Shown here piece by piece: positions 60,446 through 64,000 of a stretch of DNA of 64,000 nt (positions within the stretch are counted from its first letter, which is position 1; the number at the start of each line of letters is the position of its first letter). This DNA comes from Mobula hypostoma (Eukaryota). The notes under the pieces are model-generated. The model made no database searches, had not been told where the DNA came from, and saw only the letters and a program-made list of their open reading frames with translations. The stretch is from assembly GCF_963921235.1 (NCBI RefSeq), contig NC_086097.1, positions 207,082,001 to 207,146,000 on the forward strand, read 5' to 3'. The translations under genes and the position numbers were made by a program.

Positions 60446-63400
60446 TGTGACGAATACACATGGATAAGATGTTAGCTGTCCTGTGTGATCAGCAGTTGGT
60501 CTGCCACCTGTCTTCAAGAGAGAGATAAGGGACACAATGAAACAGCACCTGGAGATGTGTAGAGAGCTGTCTGGAGCGGCTCCCCCTTTGAACCCTGAAC
60601 TGTTTGAAGTGATGGACAGGCGATACCCCAGCAGGGGGATAAAAAGGGACAGGTTCGCTAAGGCAGGACACACACGCCACCCGAGGTAACGAGACCCTGG
60701 AAGCGGTACGCCTCTCACGAGTCGGTGAGAAGTACCAGACAACGGCCAGGGTGGAAAGGTACGATCAGCGGGAACCCGGTGTGTGTCCGCCCTTGCCTGG
60801 GTGCCGGGTTCACTGCAGAGGATCGACCACATCTGGAGGAGGGGTCACAGTCGGTGACCTCAGGTGACATCACCAAGGACCTGCCCAAAAGCTGCTTGTG
60901 AGCCATATCGCCGGTCTGTGAGTGAAGCCGTGTCTGAATGATCAGTTGTTCCTGTTCCCTCTCTCTCTCCGCCCCCCCACGTTGTCCATCGCCATGGCAA
61001 TGATTACTGCGAACTGAACTACTAAACTGGACTGAACTTTGTGTCACTTTGAAATTTGGTCATTTACCCCTAGACAACGATAGAGCTTGATTGATGCTGT
61101 TATCTTAATTCTGTGCACATGTGTGTTTATAATCGCTGAACTGTTGCATTTATTATCCTTTCGATTACTGTGTTGCTTGTTTCTTTAATAAAACTTTCTT
61201 AGTTCTAGTACTCCAGACTCCAACTGAGTGATCCATTTCTGCTGGTTTGGCAACCCAGTTACGGGGTACGTAACATAAGTGGGGTTCTCGTCCGCGATTT
61301 TGAACGCTAAATTTGGGACGGAGTAAATTGATTGGGTTAAAATTCCCGAAAGAAAGAAAAGACAAACAGCAGAAATGGAGGCTGAGGAATTTATAAAGGC
61401 GCCGACCTTGAAGGCATTAGAGGATGCCAGGAAATCGGAATTGATAGCTGTGGCCAAATGGTTGAATCTTGCTAAGGTGAAGTCGACAATGAGAGAGAGG
61501 AGATACACAGAGCTATTGTAGAGCACTATGTATCTAAAGGTGCGTTTCCCCAAGGTGAGCTGGGGGTGGTGTTTATTGAAAAACCTGCTGGAGACGCGGT
61601 ACAGGTACAGCTTGAAAAACTGAGACTCGAGCACGAGTTCCGGGTACGGCAGTTAGAATACGAAGAGAAACAGTTAGAAAGGCAGGAGAGAGAGTTAGAA
61701 AGGCGGGAGAAAGAGAAAGAGGTAGAAAGGCAAGAGAGAGAGAGACAGTTAGAGAGAGAGGAGAAAGAGAGGCAATGGGAGCGAGAAGAGAGAGGGAAAC
61801 AGAGGGAAAGGGAATTTGAGCTGGAGAAGTTAAAGATAAGGGCCGAGCAGGGGCTCATGCCGAACCAAGGTGGAGGGTTCCGGGCGACCCAGGAGGTTAG
61901 GCTGGTTCCCCCATTTGACGATACCGACGTGGATCGGTACTTTCTCCATTTCGAAAAAGTGGCTATAAGTCAGGACTGGCCGAGGGATAAGTGGGTTGTT
62001 TTACTTCAGAGTGTACTGAAAGGGAAAGCCCAAGAAGCTTACTCAGCTTTGTCCACGGAAGATGCCCAGAGGTATGAGGTGGTGAAAGAGGCCATCCTCA
62101 GGATTTATGAGTTGGTCCCGGAGGCATACCGGCAGAGGTTCCGGAATGCGAGGAAGCGGGGGGACCGCACGTATTTGGAGTTTGTCCGTGAGATGCAGAC
62201 ATATTGTGAGCGTTGGTGCGCCTCGAAGGGGGTAGAGGGGGATTATGACAGACTGCTGCAGCTGATCCTGATTGAGCAGTTTAAAGGTTGTGTCCCTGAG
62301 GGTATGAGACCCTACCTCGATGAGAAAGAGGCAGCCACGTTAGCCGCAACTGCTAAGTTAGCGGATGAGTATGCGTTGATGCATAAAATGAAGTTTGCCC
62401 TGAGTAAAGGCTACCAGAAGGGTAGTCAGGATGGCGGGGAGAGTCCACCGGAAAAGTCAGAAAGTAAGCCGGGGACTAGTGAAAAGGATAAGGTAGACCG
62501 GGAGCAGTCTGGTAGGAAGTCTCCTGGGGTCGTCTGTTATAATTGTGGGAAAGCCGGACACTTTGCGTCCAGATGCTTTGCCCCAAGGAAGGAGACGGGG
62601 AAAGGAAAAGCGGAAATGTTGAATGGCTGTATCGAGCTGTTAAGCGAACCGCTAGGGAAGGACAGGTCTGAAAAAGTCCAGGAAGGGTGCGAGAGGTTTA
62701 TCTCGGCCGGATTGGTGTCAGTGAAGGAGGGGTTAAAACCAGTTCCAGTGCGGATCTGGAGAGACACGGGAGCGTGTCAGTCACTAATACTGAAGAGTGT
62801 ATTAGAGTTTAGCTCAGAGACTCAGACTGGGGCGGTAGAGGTCAATGGTGTTGGGGAAGGGACAGAGTCAGTCCCTTTGCACCAGATACACTTACAAAGC
62901 AACCTGGTCTCTGGACTAGTCATGATCGGGGTGAGGTCCGAATTACCGATGAAAGGCGTGGGAGACTTGCTCGGTAATGACATCGCCGGGGGAATCGTGT
63001 TCCCAGTCGTGAGATTGACAGGTCAGCCTGCCAGCATTGAGGCCCCGCCCATGGACTCACAGTTTCATCACGGGCCCGCGATAGTGAATTTAGCTGAAAC
63101 GTTTCTGCCAACCTTGTATGAGACGGGGTGTAGTGAGACAAGAGGTAGTGAGGGAGCTGGGACGGACGTAGTAGTAGCCAGGAAAGAATTTGTGCAGACG
63201 CAGGAGCGAGACGAGGGGCTGATGGTTTTGGCAGAGACAGCTCTCTCTGACACAGCTTTAACAAGGGAACTAATAGGCTATTGTGTGGAGGAGAAAGTGC
63301 TAAGGAAAAAAGGGAAATCAAGTACAGTACCCGCAGATGAGGAATGGGGGGTGGTGCAAAAGAGTTATGGGGATGAGGTTTTTAACATGGCCCACGAGTT

Positions 63401-64000
63401 ACCCCCCGGTGGACATTTTGCGGTGCTGGAGGAAACAGTTGGTGGAATCATGAAAGAGATTTACCGGCTGCCCAGGGGGAAGAATGTTATTGATCATGAC
63501 CGACGCGAACTGAGACGGTCACCGGCTTTTGATATGCTAACAAACCTAGTCGGTGTTAGCGTGGAAATCAAAGAAGCTAGGGGCCCCCTGATAAGAGGAA
63601 AAAACCATTTTGAAAAGATTAGTATGGGATCGATCAGATGGGAGAAGGCTATTGTTTTGGCCAGGTCTACTGATAAGGTCTCTCCCTTAATCCCCGAACA
63701 AAGCGAATCTTTAGAAGAAGTAATTAAACGACTCACACCCGTGTGTTTGATTGTCCCGAGGCAATGCAAAGTACTGGGACGTTGGGTGATGTCTGTTACA
63801 ATAGGTCAACCTAGTAAACAACATACATATATAATGAGTAATTCAGTGACTAAAGGGCTGATGAACACAGAGGTGTGTATTGGCAATTTAATACGGCTGT
63901 CTGAAGCCAGCTTGATAGTGAACCTTGAAAAAAATGAATTCGGCCACACGAGGGTCACTTACCTGGGAATTGTGGTGACACAAAGGCAGCTGGCAGCGAT
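60446..64000 (+). mobile_element. Young Gmr1-like Gypsy element (5' LTR 60446-61275, tRNA-Pro PBS, gag-pol running off the window)
   Basis: LTR TGT...ACA; PBS tggggttctcgtccgcgat ~ TGGGGGCTCGTCCGGGAT; PR-IN-RT domain order. Confidence 0.92.
61375..64000 (+). CDS. gag: Gag-PR polyprotein fused to collapsed IN/RT remnants (one frameshift near 61490; open 61476 to window end)
   Basis: E/R coiled coil, VPPFDDTDVDRYFLHFEK..WP..W, YELVPEAYRQRFR (SCAN-like capsid), CYNCGKAGHFASRC, RDTGA, LLGND, AHELPPGGH, LIVNLEKNEF..VTYLG. Confidence 0.85.

Noticed and set aside
57718..61275. A single LTR element with CR1-derived internal sequence between two LTRs
   Set aside because: First LTR has its own TSD-like flanks and no PBS; second has the PBS and interrupts a CR1 ORF; U3 tips differ. 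They are independent insertions.

Overview
Eukaryotic, transposon-saturated intronic/intergenic DNA. The repeat mix (abundant CR1 LINEs with SGNH-esterase ORF1, Penelope/GIY-YIG elements, Rex1/Babar and R4-like LINEs, Tc1, Tigger, hAT-Charlie, Gypsy LTR elements, tRNA-derived SINEs) suggests a cartilaginous fish such as a ray; this is inference. Almost all ORFs in the supplied track are TE fragments or antisense noise. The main discovery is a very old foamy-virus-like (spumaretroviral) endogenous provirus on the minus strand. It is broken into about 7 pieces across ~12.4-33.7 kb by nested insertions. By manual translation it carries protease-like, RT, connection, RNase H and integrase (with the N-terminal extension) segments, a leader-peptide-type Env, and a Cys-rich candidate accessory ORF. 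A ~550-bp block is duplicated at both ends (~26-27% diverged), and no gag is recognisable. Also notable: a young Gmr1-like Gypsy element whose Gag-PR-IN-RT frame stays open despite collapse of the IN and RT catalytic cores; minimal hammerhead ribozymes in Penelope repeats; and two or three candidate host exons on the minus strand. All alignments were done by eye against recalled reference motifs, no database search was run, and boundaries of old elements are approximate.
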